A stretch of DNA of 64,000 nucleotides, taken from assembly GCA_037447605.1 (NCBI GenBank), contig CM074804.1:7913909-7977908 (forward strand), written 5' to 3'. This stretch comes from Zygnema circumcarinatum SAG 698-1b (lineage: Eukaryota > Plantae > Zygnematophyceae). Positions 12,494 through 25,778 of the stretch are shown in pieces. The position numbers and the translations under genes were made by a program. The number at the start of each line of letters is the position of its first letter. Position 1 is the first letter of the stretch. Under the pieces are notes generated by a model, which worked only from the letters and a program-made list of their open reading frames with translations, searched no databases and was not told the origin of the DNA.

Positions 12494-13137
12494 TCAACTC
12501 TGAGAGGGCCCAAAGCTCTCTAAAGACTGATGATTCTCCCACGGCTTCACCCACACCTTGGCATCAAACCTCTCCTTGTTCGAGCCGGTGTCAGCTTCCA
12601 GAGTCAAGTGGTAAAGCGTCCCCTGCACGACCTGCTGCTTCGCGGAGATCACACGAATGAATGACAGGCGGCCATTCTGCACATGTTTCAGAATGAGTAT
12701 TTGGAATTAGACATTCTTCGGACATGCTGTCAAGGGGGAAGGGAAAGCAAGGGTGTGAGAAAAACAGTACGTGAAGGGAGCCAAGGAGGGAGGGGTAGGA
12801 AGAGAGAGAGTGAGAGAGATGAGGAGAGAGAGGGAGAGAAAGAGAGAGGGAGAGAGAGAAAAAGAGAGAGAGAGGGCAGAGAGATAGTGAAAGAAGGAAA
12901 TGGAAAGGCAAGAAAGGATGGAGGGACAGAAGTAGGAGAGTATCAAGGAAGCAGAGAGAAAGAGAACATGGAATTTGAAGATACGAGAAAAGCACAGAGA
13001 GAGGAGAAGAAAGAGAGGGCGAGTGATCGCCTCCATACATTTTTGGCATTGTGCTCCTGCACCGCGTACTTGGCATACTTCTCCGCCTCGCCATTGGAAA
13101 ACACCTCCTTCAGCCCACCCAGCAGGCCTCCCGCCAT
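12494..13137 (-). CDS. Phytocystatin (cysteine protease inhibitor)
   Basis: Two exons (13137-13039, 12676-12494): MAGGLLGG...AKYAVQEHN...QVVQG...VWVKPW. It has the N-terminal Gly, QxVxG and PW motifs and no signal peptide. Confidence 0.93.
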
Positions 13138-14389
13138 GGCCCTCCCTCCTCCTCTCTCTGCTTCTCCTCTCCCTCCTCCCGCTCCTCCTCCTTCTCCTCT
13201 CCCTCTCCCACTCCCGCCCTCTCCTCCCCTCCAATGTGCGCTGGAACTTTTCTCTTTTTCTCGTTTTTTTATCAAAGAATGCTCTCTCTTTCTAGCCCAC
13301 AAATCTTTAAAATTTCGGCCCTTCCGCTCTCTTTGGCTCCCTCTATAATCGAATTTCGAATTTCGATATTCAAAATTTTAAAGTTTCTCATTGCAAACCG
13401 GTTAGACAGTGGGCCGTCGTGGCGTGGTCGTGACGCCATGGTCAACGAACGGGACCCAGCTTGACGTTGACTTGGGGCGAGCGCCTGCCGCGTGCCATCT
13501 AGACACGTGGCATGCTGTGGGGCACGATGAGATTTACCACCTGTCTATGGTGCCACGTCGGACAGTTCCGCAAGTCACACTCCATGTCACAGTTCACAGT
13601 CCCGTTACATTTAACAGCTTAATGATTTCATGACGTCATCGCAATCAGTTAACTGTAAAGTTCTGTCCTACATAGATTTGTCAAATTTTCAAATTACAAA
13701 TTTACAAATTTCTCGATTGGTTGCGCGAGGAGTTTCGCAAGGGAGTTAGCGAATCATCGCCGGGTATGACCTGCTGCAACTTCCAAAGCTTTCAAGCTTT
13801 TTGTTTTAAAAAAAAACTCTGTTATCAACCCTGTTAATATTAAGTGGAACCAACAGAACTTGATGCTGCTGTTGCAGCTGTCACCGTCTTCGTTTGCCGC
13901 ATGGACTTTGCAGATCCGTGCGACCCACATCGTGCTGGCGCAGTGAGCCCTAGGCTCGCAGCCCCACAAATTACCCCACTCATTACAGTTTGAAATTTCG
14001 ACTGAAATTGCCGTGACTGGGTAAGCACACACCGAAAGGCCGCCAGTCCTTTCTTATGACTAGGAGTGACTGCAGCAAGAGGAGTACACGACCCATATAA
14101 TGGCGATCAGTAGTAGGGTAAATTTATCTCTCCACCTTATGGACAACACCGTATTGTACCTCTGTGCCTTGACCCATAGAATCAAACGACGATGGGAAGA
14201 AAGGAGGCCACTTCTCGTCTTCGCTAGAGATCATCGCAGGGGTCAGGTTCTGATCAGGTTATCATGTCACAGAATTACTGCATAGACTGTAGTGATGAAC
14301 AAAATGTTTATGGGTTTTTCTTCTATCTCTAAGGAAACGGAATCAGCTTCTGCTGAACTGAACACAAACAAAAAAGAAAAAATGTGTTG

Positions 14390-16505
14390 TTACACGTATC
14401 CCATCGCCTTCTTGTATGCGATTTGGTCCTGCAAAGTCAGGCGGTCGTCTGACCAGTTGCCGCTGCTTGTTCGCTTTCGGAAGTTGCGTTTCTTTCTCAG
14501 TCCTGCGAACTCCGTGAACACTGCCAGTCCCAAAAGCAATGTAATGGAAAATGAATTGACGGAGAAGTTTGTAATGGATCACAGAAAGATGGAGGCTTCA
14601 GCTTATAGTTTTGTGTATTAATAATCGCAGAACTAAGGAAAGCAGGACTGAGATTACTGGAGGTGCTCTGCTCACCTTCGTTGAGATCGCAGGTTTTGAC
14701 GTCGTCAAATATTTCGTCAGGATTGATGGCTGCTTGTGCAATCACATGCGGCATGAGATACCTTTCCCTGTGCAGCCAGCCTCAAACAGAGAGTCAAAAC
14801 CTTATAAAATAGGTAGAAATCATCAACATTGGCAGGAAAGCAACGTGAAGGCCCTGGCCCTGTATCTGTTAAGCAGGGCCTCTTCATTTTCAAACCATAT
14901 TGACTTACTTTGTCCAAAGAGGGCACGGCTTCTTCGCTCTCCTATCCAGTTCCTCGTCCTCATCATCTTCATCGTCAGAGTCTCGGTAAGGCGAAATCTC
15001 GTAGTTTGCAGGACCTCCAATTGGGACTGCAATCGGCTCCTGAACCACTGGTGTCGCTTTCAAAGAGTGAAGGTCAGGGTCTTCTGATCCCCCCCTGCTG
15101 GTTTGTGTGCCTTTGACCCCCCCGGACTTTTTAGTAGCCAACAGAGACGACTTTTCAACTGATCCAAGTGCGCCTTTTCCATTCTGATCCGTCTCCTTCG
15201 CCAGAGCAATTGAAGCCTCCTCCGTAGTCTTCTTTTTGACAGCAGCATTGCTTAGCCACCCTCCAGGCCCAACCACAAGGTTCGATCCAATAGTGCCCCC
15301 CACAACGCGCTCTGTAGACTTAAAGCTACTTTCCTTTGAAAGGTCGATGAACTTGCCAGCTTTGAGTTCAACAGCTTTGTTGGCTCCTTCAGAAGGAGGG
15401 TTCCCCATCAGAGATGCAAGTGATCGCTCTTTATAGAAGGAAGTGGGTCCTGACCTTCCCGCTGTTCTCAAAGCCCCCCTAAGTGCACCAGCATTCTCAG
15501 CTGATAAGGACAATTCTGCAAGAGCAGAAGACCCCCTTTCCATTGCTGACCCCTTAACATAGGAGGGTTCACACATACCCATCCCACTCACACTATCCTT
15601 TCCAACCGTATGCTGCAAGCCCTGTTGCGGTATGAAAGAGGAAGTAGCTCCTGCTTTAACGGCATTCCCTATGCTTCCTGTCACTTTAACTCCGGGAGCT
15701 ATAAGAGCCCCGCCCAAGGCGTATTTCCAAACGGGGCTGCCTTGAACTATAGCTGATGGGAGTTGGCCGTGGAGACTGTGAGCTGCAGAAAGGGCAGCCT
15801 CTCCTAGGCGAGCCTGCATAGAAGCCCACCAACCAATGTGCTTACATATGGGGACTTCACATTAGGGTCGGAGACTCACCTTCACATCTCATATATGCAC
15901 TCTCCTGCAATACTGCAGTCTCCAGGCAAAAGGAAGGGGAATTTGTCTGTTGCTTCTCTACACAAGATTAGCCCTCCCATGATGGAATTGCACGGAGAGA
16001 GGCTCCTTTCAGCCGCAAAGCAACTGTTGCAGGGTGGTCGAGAATGTAGTAATTTTTTTTTTGGAATTCATGTCCAAACACTTACCCGTTTTTCTCCTTC
16101 AAGGCGCTTTTTTTCGTCGTCTTCCCATTCCTTCCTTTTTTGAAATAGCCCGTCCTTTATCTTTGCCTTCTCGACCACTTTCGCAACTTTTGCTTCCTCC
16201 TCCTCCCTCCTCCTCCGCTCTATGTCCCTCTCACGATCCAGTCGCTTCTCTCGTTTCTGTTCGTCCTCTGCAGCTTTCCTCTCTCTCTCTGCCTCTTCCT
16301 GTTCTCACATTTGCAGCCAATTTTCGTTTCAGTTTCAGAGCTCAATTATTCTTTCAGTCAGAGCCTCTATCATTTCAGATCACCCTGCATTCATAATGAG
16401 ACACTACAGTTCAAAAAACCTTTGAACTAAAGCATGGGAGTGTGAGCAGCCGTGGCTTGAACACTCTTCGAATGACAGCAATCAATGAAGATCATAACGA
16501 TGGAC

Positions 16506-16536
<31 letters not shown>

Positions 16537-19500
16537 CGCTCTCCTCTCTCTCTCTCTCTCAAGTTACCTCATGCAGACCGCAATGCAGGGGCGTAGCATC
16601 CAGCACAGTAGCAGGATCTAGACTCGTGATGTCTAAGCATTCGCCAAACTTGAGGGAAAAGGAAGAAGCAAACTTACAGCAGCCTTTCTTCTCCTCTCCT
16701 TCTCCTCCAACTCCGCCCGTTGCTTCTCAGCCTGCCGTTCCGTCTCACCCCTCTTGGCCCTCACCACCTCTTCCCTCTGCCTCTTCCTTCCTGCTACCTC
16801 GTCGTCTTTTTTCTTCTTCTCCTCTTCTTTCAACTTCTTTTCCTCCTCCATCTTTTTCGTCTTTTCCATGTCCATCTTTGTCTTTGAAGTCGCCTTTCTC
16901 TGCCTTAGCTCTGGACCTGCCTGTCCAGACAAAGCTGTCTGACTCTCATCATATGCTTTAGATTCTGCTCCATGTCCTTCAAACTCTGATGAATCCAAAT
17001 GTAACATACTATCATTGCTGAGATGGGGTCTTACAGAAGTCATCCTTCCGTCCTCCTCCCCTTTTTCCTGTAATGCGTCCCACACATTATGCTCATTTGC
17101 TGTTTCCTTGTCCAATACTCTTTCCTTATTCTTCTCCCTGCCTCTCTCTCGGGCCCGCTCCATTTCCTGCTCCCTCTGTCTCTCCTTCTCCTCCTTTGCC
17201 TTCTCCATGGCAACTCTTCTCTGTTTCCTTTCTTCGGCCTTCCGCTCCTGTTCTCTACGAGCTGCCTCAGCCGCCTCCAAAGCTCGTACTTTCACCCCTT
17301 TCTTTCCTGCAACCCAAAGCTAAAAACAGGTCAAATTCGGAAGTCTTCAAAACTTCGAGTGAACCTTTACCTGCCTGATCTATACCTTTCTATTTCCAAA
17401 ATCGAACTCTATGAAATGTGGTTGTTCACAGTCCTGCGTCTCCCTCTGCTTCAACCGGAGACACTAGTCTGTGATACTGCACAGTGCGGGCTGTCAAACA
17501 TAGCCCAGTTCAGGTTTTAAAATGCCTTTCTACATTCAATCAGACCCTGATACAAGTCAAGCCATTCGAACATGTCTGCCATGCCTAGATCAAAATCATT
17601 TCCATTTTGTAAGTGGACAGTAAAAGAGCACAAACCTGCGGCAGGTGGTAGTGGAGGCGGAGGCTTCTTCATAAGGGCTGCGAATGACACCACGGATGTG
17701 CAAATATTCGGACAGGGTCCCGATTTACTTTCTATTTCACCAATTGCATTCTCGACCTGATTCCCACTGCTTGCATGCTTTTCATTCTCCCAATTTGCTC
17801 CTTCTTCCAGCACTCTTACTGAAGGGTTTTCTTGAAGCTCCTCCGCTCCCAGAAGCTGCTTCTGCTCAGCACTTAAGGCATTCGAAACACATTCCTCCTC
17901 AAACTGCTTCTCTAGTACGAGCTTCCTTCCACTAAGAAGAGGTGAAACCTGCTCTGCTGCTGATGGCAGGTTTGGCATCTTTCTAGCGGAAAGGCTTTTG
18001 AGATATCCAAATACAGCAGCAACTCCCCTAGCAACACTCATTTGTCTTGGGCTTGGAGTAGTCTTAGCTTCTCCCGTCTCGACTATGGCCGGACTTGGAA
18101 TCGGGGTGCCAGCACTTGGCCCATTTAATTTCTCCCCCACTTGAACTTGTGGGTCAAGTTTCTCATCGGCTTCAACTGGTCTGAAGGGCAGTGCGGCATC
18201 GTGGTTAAATTCTGCTTCCTCTTCTTTCTTCTGCAAGTTGGCATCCTCCTGTCTCATTTCTACAGCTCTTTCCTGAATATCCGGAGAATCTGTTAGCTCG
18301 AAGTTCTCATGGAGTTCATCAATGTTGCCATTTTCCTTTACCTCCATTTCAGCATCTTCGTCCTCCTCTGACTCTTCCACATCGTCCTCCTCCTCGCCCT
18401 TCTTTCCCTCCTTCTCCACCTCCTCCTCCGCTTCCTCCTCGTCTTCCTGCTGTTGCTGCTGCTCCTCCTCCTCCTCCTCCTCTTCCTCCCCCCTAATCTC
18501 CTGCTCAACCATGCTTCCTTCTTTCTCAACACTTGCTTCATCCTCTCCTATTGCTGATCCCCCTGTATTGCTTATTTTCCCCTGCACTGAGCTCAGAATC
18601 CAACTGCTTGGCAGGCTTTCAGGTTCGTGTTGTGCAGCATCATGGTTGAATTCTAAGTCCTCTCTTTGCAGGTTGAGATCATCTTGCCTAAGTTGTGAAA
18701 GTCTTACAAAATCGGTAGAAGTTGTTAGCACAAGATGCTGAACGGACTCACTCTTACTGACACTTTCTTTTGCTTTGACGAAGCCTTGTTCCTCCTTCTC
18801 TGACCCCTCTACCTCCTCCAACTCTTCGTCGTCCTCTGCTTCCTCCTCCCTCCCCTCCTCGCCCTCCTGATCCACTTTTTCCTTTCTCTCAACCTCCGCC
18901 CACTCCTCGTCCTCAACCATCCTCCAATGTTTCTCAACTCCTGCTTGTTCTTCTCCATCTTCTGTTCCTTTCTTGCTATCATTCCCCTGCTGAAGGCTCA
19001 AAGTCCAGCTGCCTGCAATACTTTCAGGCTCGTCAAGACCGTTTGATTCTGCTTTCTCTCCTTCCTTCTTCTGCATGTCAAAGTCCTCGTCTCTAGGCTT
19101 TAAGGCCCCTTTTCCTATGCTCCAAGAAGCTATTGGCTCGAAATGTTCACCTAACTCACAGATCTTATCACTCACTTTTACCTCCGTAAGTCCTAGTTCA
19201 TCGTTCACTTGGGATACTTCTACCTCTTCCTTCTCCTTGTCTTCCACTTCGTCATCTTCCTCCGCTCTCTCCTCGTTCTCCTCTCTCGCCTCCTCCTTCC
19301 TCTCCTCGACTACGCATAACTCACAGGTGTTGTCACTCTCTTTTACCTCCGAAAGTCCTATTTCATTGCTCATTTGGGATACTTCTACCTCTTCCCTCTC
19401 CTTCTCCTCCACTTCGTCACCTTCCTCCGCTCTCTCTGCTTTCTCCTCTCTCGCCTCGTCCTCCTTCCCCTCGACTATGCTGTCTCTTTTCTCAACTCCA

Positions 19501-21359
19501 TCTGCTATTTTCCCTGTCCTGCTATTGTCGACTTGGACAAGGCTCAAATTCTGAGGACAAAGTTCCTCGTCACAAGCTTCCATGTAGCTCTCAAACTCTG
19601 AAAAGTCTCCTTCCGCCAAAATATCGAGGCCTGCAAACCCTCCCTCCAGTGCATTCACTCCCATACCTTTATACGCTTCATCGGTTGTCTGCAGGAGTGA
19701 TCCTTCCCCTTCTGCTTGGAACTCCTGGTCTGCTTGGTCACCCAATTGGTCAGGATTCTCCCCCTTAATTTCTTCCAGAGCTGGAAGCTTCTCTCTTCTC
19801 CACTCTGATTCCTCCTCTCCCTCCGTTTCTCGGTGGGTCCCACCTGGAGATTCACTCGGCGTTGTCACATTCGTGGCCTTGTTGCCTTCGTTAGGAGCTC
19901 TTTCATCTTCAGTTGATATTGAGCAGGAGACTGCATGCTGAAATTCGCCCTCGTTAATGAAACCAACCTTCACAGAATCAGTCAAAGAATGGTTGCCCTT
20001 TTTCCCTCTCATCTGCCTCGTCGATCTATTTGTCGGAGGATTTACTGCTGCTGTAGGATCTTTACTATCATTCCCTCGTGCCCGAGCTCCAATCACGGGC
20101 GACTCCTTTCTGATCGTTGACCCAGATACTTCTGCGAAATCTGAGATATCTCGTGATGGAACTGCAGGTATCGAAAGGTAGAGTACATCTTGGACTGTTT
20201 CCTGGTACCTATCGATGTCGTTCGCCTGCACTGCCACCTCCACTTTCTGGGAGGAAAGGTCCTCCTGCAGCATCAGAGCATCAACTTTGGCCGTACTATT
20301 CGGCTCCACCACCATCTTCGCCACTTCAATTGGACCTTCTTTCTCCTCTCTGCTTGCATGCGAGCTTGCTGCCAGCGAATACGAATTGGGATCCTCTGCA
20401 GCTGCTGACACTTGCGCGTCCTTTCTCAAACATGTTTTAGGTTGAACACCAGCTTTTGATTTGCTACAATCAGCAAAAGGGCTGCATATGCTATGCTTGG
20501 TACGGTCCAGTGGTAGGGGCCCAAGGCCTTTCTGGCGAGGCTTGACCTCCGATTCACCTCTAGCTAGTGTGCATCTATTCAGAGGTATCACATTCTCTTT
20601 GTTCTGACTACCCCAAACAAGCTGCCTCATGATCTTGCCGCCTGTGGAAGGGGCCTCAGTTCCTCCTTCCCTCCGTCCTGTTTGCTGCTGAGCACTAGGG
20701 GCACGGATAGACGTCATAGCAAAATTGGAACTAGGAGTTTCAGTCGCAAACTTAATCAGACTGGGATCTGCCGGAAGGGAATCTAAGGGATGTAACCGAG
20801 CACGTTTTGCCTTATGGAATCCCGACTCACCGGCTCCTCTACTGCTAAAAGTATTCTCAGTTCCAAAGTTTGCTGTGCGCTTTCGAGCCCAAGTGAATAA
20901 GACTTGCAGGTGCTCATCACTAGCTTCTTTGCCCAGCTGCACATGTAGCCTCAATTTTTCCTGCGAACGTCATTCAGAAGCGAACTCAGAATGGAAGTGA
21001 GAGCTGTATTGAAAAAAGAAATCGAAAACAGGTCCGGTGCAGGCTCCGGTTTAACTGATTGCAAAGAAAAAATCGCTATGTGGAGCATAACGGTCAACTG
21101 TAGCCTATCAAACGAGCCTCATCAAATGTGCTTTTCTGCCAATATGGTGAAATAATTTCTGGTATATTGCTTGAAAAAAAAGCAGAAGTAACAGACCGGA
21201 AAGGCAGGTCCACTACATACTTTGAAAGAAACAATCTCCTGGAGCCTGAATTTTCGAAGAGAACGGCAACAATCCTGTAGCGTGACAGGCTTGGAATAGG
21301 TAACTCACCATAATAGCATTCATACAGTTCAGTTCTCCAATCGTGTTGTATTCCGCCAT
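14390..21359 (-). CDS. INCENP: INCENP (inner centromere protein, chromosomal passenger complex), large acidic form
   Basis: The last exons splice to an IN-box: YEISPYRDSDDEDDE...PLWTK...QAAINPDEIF...CDLNEVF...RKRTSSGNWSDDRLT...YKKAMGYV*. It is preceded by E/K/R coiled-coil exons (about 16030-17300) and a 3.4-kb acidic exon (17517-about 20960). The first two small exons (start 21359) are tentative. Confidence 0.85.
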
Positions 21360-22051
21360 ATTGAGCTGAAGTTGCTTCAATTACTTTGCTTTAGACGCTA
21401 TAGTATCCCGCACGTTCATGCGTTCTTCTAACTTCGTTCAATGACCAGAAATTCCCTTGAACTTCAATCTACCTATAACTTATTCCCACGCTCAATAACC
21501 TCCACAGCTCCTTCCAACAATACTCCTTACCTCTGCATCACGCTCTCATAGCTCCTACATTCCAGCAAACCCCTCTCAAAACGAACTCCCTCGGACCCCT
21601 ATTCTCTGTGCACAACCATTCCAGCCACAAATACCCCCTTTCCTGAGACCCGAGATGCCCCCACCCTCTTCCCCTAAGTCCCTATTCCTTCCATTACGGC
21701 CCCGAGCAAGGCGAAAGGATATAATATCATCTATGGCAGCTGTGAGCAGTAGCTGGAGCAGGAGCAGGAGCAGGAGCAGGAGCGGCCGTTGCAGGATTTG
21801 AACGCGAGCGCGCGCCCTCCTAGCCGTTAGGCCGCCGCTTCAGGGAGAAGGGGGTGGGGAGGGCGTCACATGTGGCAGTTCCGTGGCCCGTTTTAACTGG
21901 ATTCGGCACATGTGAATGGGGCTATTGACTGTGCAGTTTCGTGGTTTCCCGAACTCATCAAAAGTTTTGTAAGGTTCGGTTACCGGTGGTTGGAAACCGT
22001 CCAATCGCTGAAAGGTCCTTTGCGGCCAGTTCCTCGTGGTTCCCCGTTTTG

Positions 22052-22186
22052 TCCATGCACACTTGATGGCCTCGCCATCGTGAGCTCAATGCCATTTTCC
22101 CTTCAGTCCAGTCGCTGAAAGAGTATAAAAAGTGTAATGGATGTGGCATTGGTCTCACGATGGCGAGGCCATCAAATGTACATGGA
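22052..22186. ncRNA. Candidate pre-miRNA-like or foldback hairpin
   Basis: 43-nt arms (22052-22094 and 22144-22186) are near-perfect reverse complements around a 49-nt loop, in intergenic DNA. There is no expression evidence. Confidence 0.35.
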
Positions 22187-22751
22187 AGAAAGTGGCGAAA
22201 GACATAAGGAATAGGAAGTGACATTGACCTCACAAAAGCGGTGAAAGAGGTTTTTTGAGATCATACAATAGGTGTCAGACTTGACGAAATCTTACGAACA
22301 CGAAGTTTTCGGAAGAACTCCGCCTCAGCAAAACCGCGAAGTCACCGGAGAACTCGTTCTGGCCTAAAACTTACGAATAATTTGTAGTCTGACACCCCCT
22401 AATATTCTGATCCCTTGTATGTATGCCTATGCGGCAGCGTGCCATTGGCGACAAAACATGGTAAAAAAGGAAAAAAAACCACTTTCACAGCTTCAAGTTT
22501 GAAGCTTTAGCCCTGATTTTTTAACGTGAGACAAGAGCCATTAGACTAACTTTAGATGCTCGAAGATCTTTGCTGCTTTCTGGTGGCCATGTTTTCACGT
22601 TTCTCTGGAGCATGCATGGACAAAGGATGAGAGTTGTTCTGCGGTACATGCTGAATGATGCGGACCATCTTCTTGTGGAACAGATCCATCGAAAAAAAAA
22701 TAAAAAAGGAATGATCCTTGTTCAATATGTACAGTTTCAGTTTAATGTCGG

Positions 22752-25365
22752 CTAAGAAGGTGATTGAGGAAGTCCCTCTGATAAAGGCACGCCCACCCCA
22801 TCGGGCCCCACTTTGGATGGAGGAACCAACTCGCAATTGAATATCTCCGAGAACGCAAGGAGCAAATGGCCGCTCAGAAGCTCCAAGAGAGCGTCATCTT
22901 GAAGACGAGAATTCCCTACTTCTGAGCCATAGAATGCTTCACTCCTCTTTAACTCCTCCCCTTCCTGCATTCCACTTCCAGCGTGACTAGAGAGGGCCAT
23001 CTGAGAAGAAGTAGCTGCTGCAAAAGCAGGCTCCCGCAGGAGCTCAGCGACGCTGCCGACAGGGAGATGTATCCCGCAGGGCACAATTTTTTTGAAGGCT
23101 GCAAGGTCGGTAGTGACATTCAGAGCCAAGCCGTGGTAGGTAATCCATCGGGACACTCTCACTCCAATTGCCGCCAATTTGTGCCCACCTGAAACGACAA
23201 TCAATGTCAAAATAAGCAGAGGCACATTCTGATCCGCATGTGGAGCAATTTCCCTCTCACTCGTTCATACAAGAAAACCGCAGACAACTCGGCTTCATTC
23301 GTTGTTCCAACGTACTGCAGTAGCTGCAGAACATCCTCCTCCCCTTCCTCTCTCTCTCTGATAACTCTTACCTGCCCAGACACCTGTCATTCCATCCACT
23401 CGTTCCCCAGTGATCCCGCAGGAAGCCTTTAGGGCGCGAATGACCACCTCCTCAAGGGAGCGCAAATACCAGTGAAGGTCCATGCGCTGCTGCCGGAGGT
23501 CAAGTATGGGGTACATGACCAGCTGCCCGACACAAAGGCATGATGACAACACAGTTCAAGAAGAAAGCAATGACAAAGTACTATCAAATCATATATTTGA
23601 ACACATATTGTTTCCCAAGAGACTGCAGTGCTGAACAACAGCCTCCAGCCCCGAGAAGGCAACAAAACGCTTGATTCAGTTATAGCTAAAACTACATTGA
23701 AGAACGAGATGGGGATGAGGAAGCCGCCTAAAGGGCCCGCCTCTTCAACAGAGAAAAGATGCCACCGACTCACGAGAATAACAAAACTCTGAACGAGTTC
23801 ACCCCTTACCTGGCCTGGCCCATGGTAGGTGACTTCTCCCCCTCTCTCAGTCCTATAGAGCTCTGCGGGAGGGTGATCGCTGTCAAACAAGAGGTTGTCG
23901 AGTGTGCTGCGAGTCCCCAAAGTGTACACGGGCGGATGCTGCAACAGTATCACTGAGTCTGATGATGGCCGGCCATCGTCAAGAGCAGCAATGCGTGCCT
24001 CTACCGTCGCCTTCTGCCACTGCCAGGCATCGACATAGGGCACCAGCTTTCGGGATAAATCATGACATTCACACCTGGCAGGAAGAGAGGATAGCAGTTC
24101 CTAGTCATCTGCCAAGTGCTGTCACTTTCTGAACTTGCACGTCATGAGTCTGCCTGTCACAGGGTGACTGTCGCAGGCCATTCCGATCTTCGGGACAGGG
24201 ACGGAGATGAGTGTCATGCAGACGCAAGAGGATGCAAGGAGGGGGAGGGCGAGAGGGGGGAGTATTAACTGTCTCCATGTAACTGAGCTTTCCAAAATGG
24301 TACAAAGATAAAAAAAAAAAATAGTGTCTCCGATATTCAATTGCAAGGCAAGAGCACTCCGAGGCATTTTTGAGGTAACAAAGAGGCAAAAGTGTATCAT
24401 CAAACAGACTGAGATCCGAAAATTCTGCTGGTGACTCACCTTTTAGAAGGAAACTCTTGCCCTGCGATAATCGCGGGCAAGCTCTTCCATTCCTTCGTTT
24501 TTTTCCAACGGCTCTTTCGCTGAAAGACGGCTCCAACATGATAGCCTAGAATTGGACATGGATACGAATCGAATCTACATTTAGACATGATGTAATGGAA
24601 GCTCAATTCCGCGGTGGAGGCATTAGAACGACGAGCCTAATTCTTCCAAGAGACCGGATACATGAAAACGAAAAAATACTTGAACGCAAGAGAGAATGCA
24701 ATTCATTTGCATTTCCAAAAGTGCTTTACTTGGAATGCAGTTCAAGTTTCGATCCACGGAAGTTAGGAAGCATCCTGCGCTTTCTTCAAGTACAGTGAAG
24801 GCACTGAGTTCAAGCAATTCAATTATATTTTTAAAGACTAAAAGAATGCCATGAAAGGTAGCACCACATTTCAAATAATGGCCATTGCCTTCATACACTC
24901 CGCTGCAAGAATCATAATTCAACTTTCCTTTCTCATGTCTTTTTAGCTACACCTTCTCTGTAACCTTAGAGAGTTCCACTCAGTATATGACAGAATTATA
25001 GCCCGTGCAACCATAAACTCCAACGTATCTAAAAATTCTGAAAGCAACGGGCACAATTGAATTGAGCATACTCACCCATGTCTGCAAAAAGGAACATGAT
25101 ATCATTCAGAAAACACTTGAATACTGATAAATCAAAGTCTCCCAGTGCAAAAATGTAATCATTATCGCAGATTACCTGCAAGCAGCTTCCGCTGATGGCT
25201 CCGAGAGAAAGGCGAGCCCCCCGTATGCTTCCGGTCACGTGCCGTCGGTTCTTCATATCCCCTACTACACCATACTATGGAACTGGAGCATGGAGCTCCG
25301 CCATGGCCTTTCCCCAGGGGCAGCAGCACCAGCCCCTGCAGCGACACGGCCGCCATGGCTGCCAC
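22752..25365 (-). CDS. LIP2: Octanoyltransferase LipB (LIP2p-like, probably plastid-targeted)
   Basis: Exons 24074-23810, 23522-23372 and 23188-22752 give CECHDL...[10 protein letters not shown]...[10 protein letters not shown]...[19 protein letters not shown]...[22 protein letters not shown]...IVPCGI. The transit-peptide exon [11 protein letters not shown] from 25365 is tentative, and its link to the core exons was not resolved. Confidence 0.92.
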
Positions 25366-25778
25366 AAGGGCCTCATGGACAAGCCTTCAGGGGAAAAAAG
25401 GGGCGTTCCATGTCACTCAAAGGGTCCGTAACTTTAACTACGTCGCAGTCCAATGCTACTGTCTGGCTGTTATTTTGAACAAGAACTGACTTCTCAAACT
25501 GGGGCCAACTCGCTTCCATGTGGTGGCTCTAGGCTCGCCTCTCCTCGCCAACACTTGGGCTAGGCCCGCACTTGCACGCATACATTGGTATCCGTGGAGC
25601 CACAACTCTTAGGCATTGATTTCACCACCACCGTGAAATCAATGTCACATATGTCTCCAGGCATTGTTATGGATTCGATGCAAGTGCATGGAAAGTCTAG
25701 AACAACATGACATTGTTCCACGACCACAAAGTCGCCCTAGGACGATGTGCCGTACAATTTTGCACAGATTCTAATGGC

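Noticed and set aside
12591-13464. Long ER/RE- and LS/PL-rich ORFs here and at about 5750-6250, 27040-27690, 31200-32430, 41780-42300, 43090-43520, 47870-48270 and 62790-63500
   Set aside because: These are translation artefacts of GA/CT microsatellites in introns and 5' UTRs.
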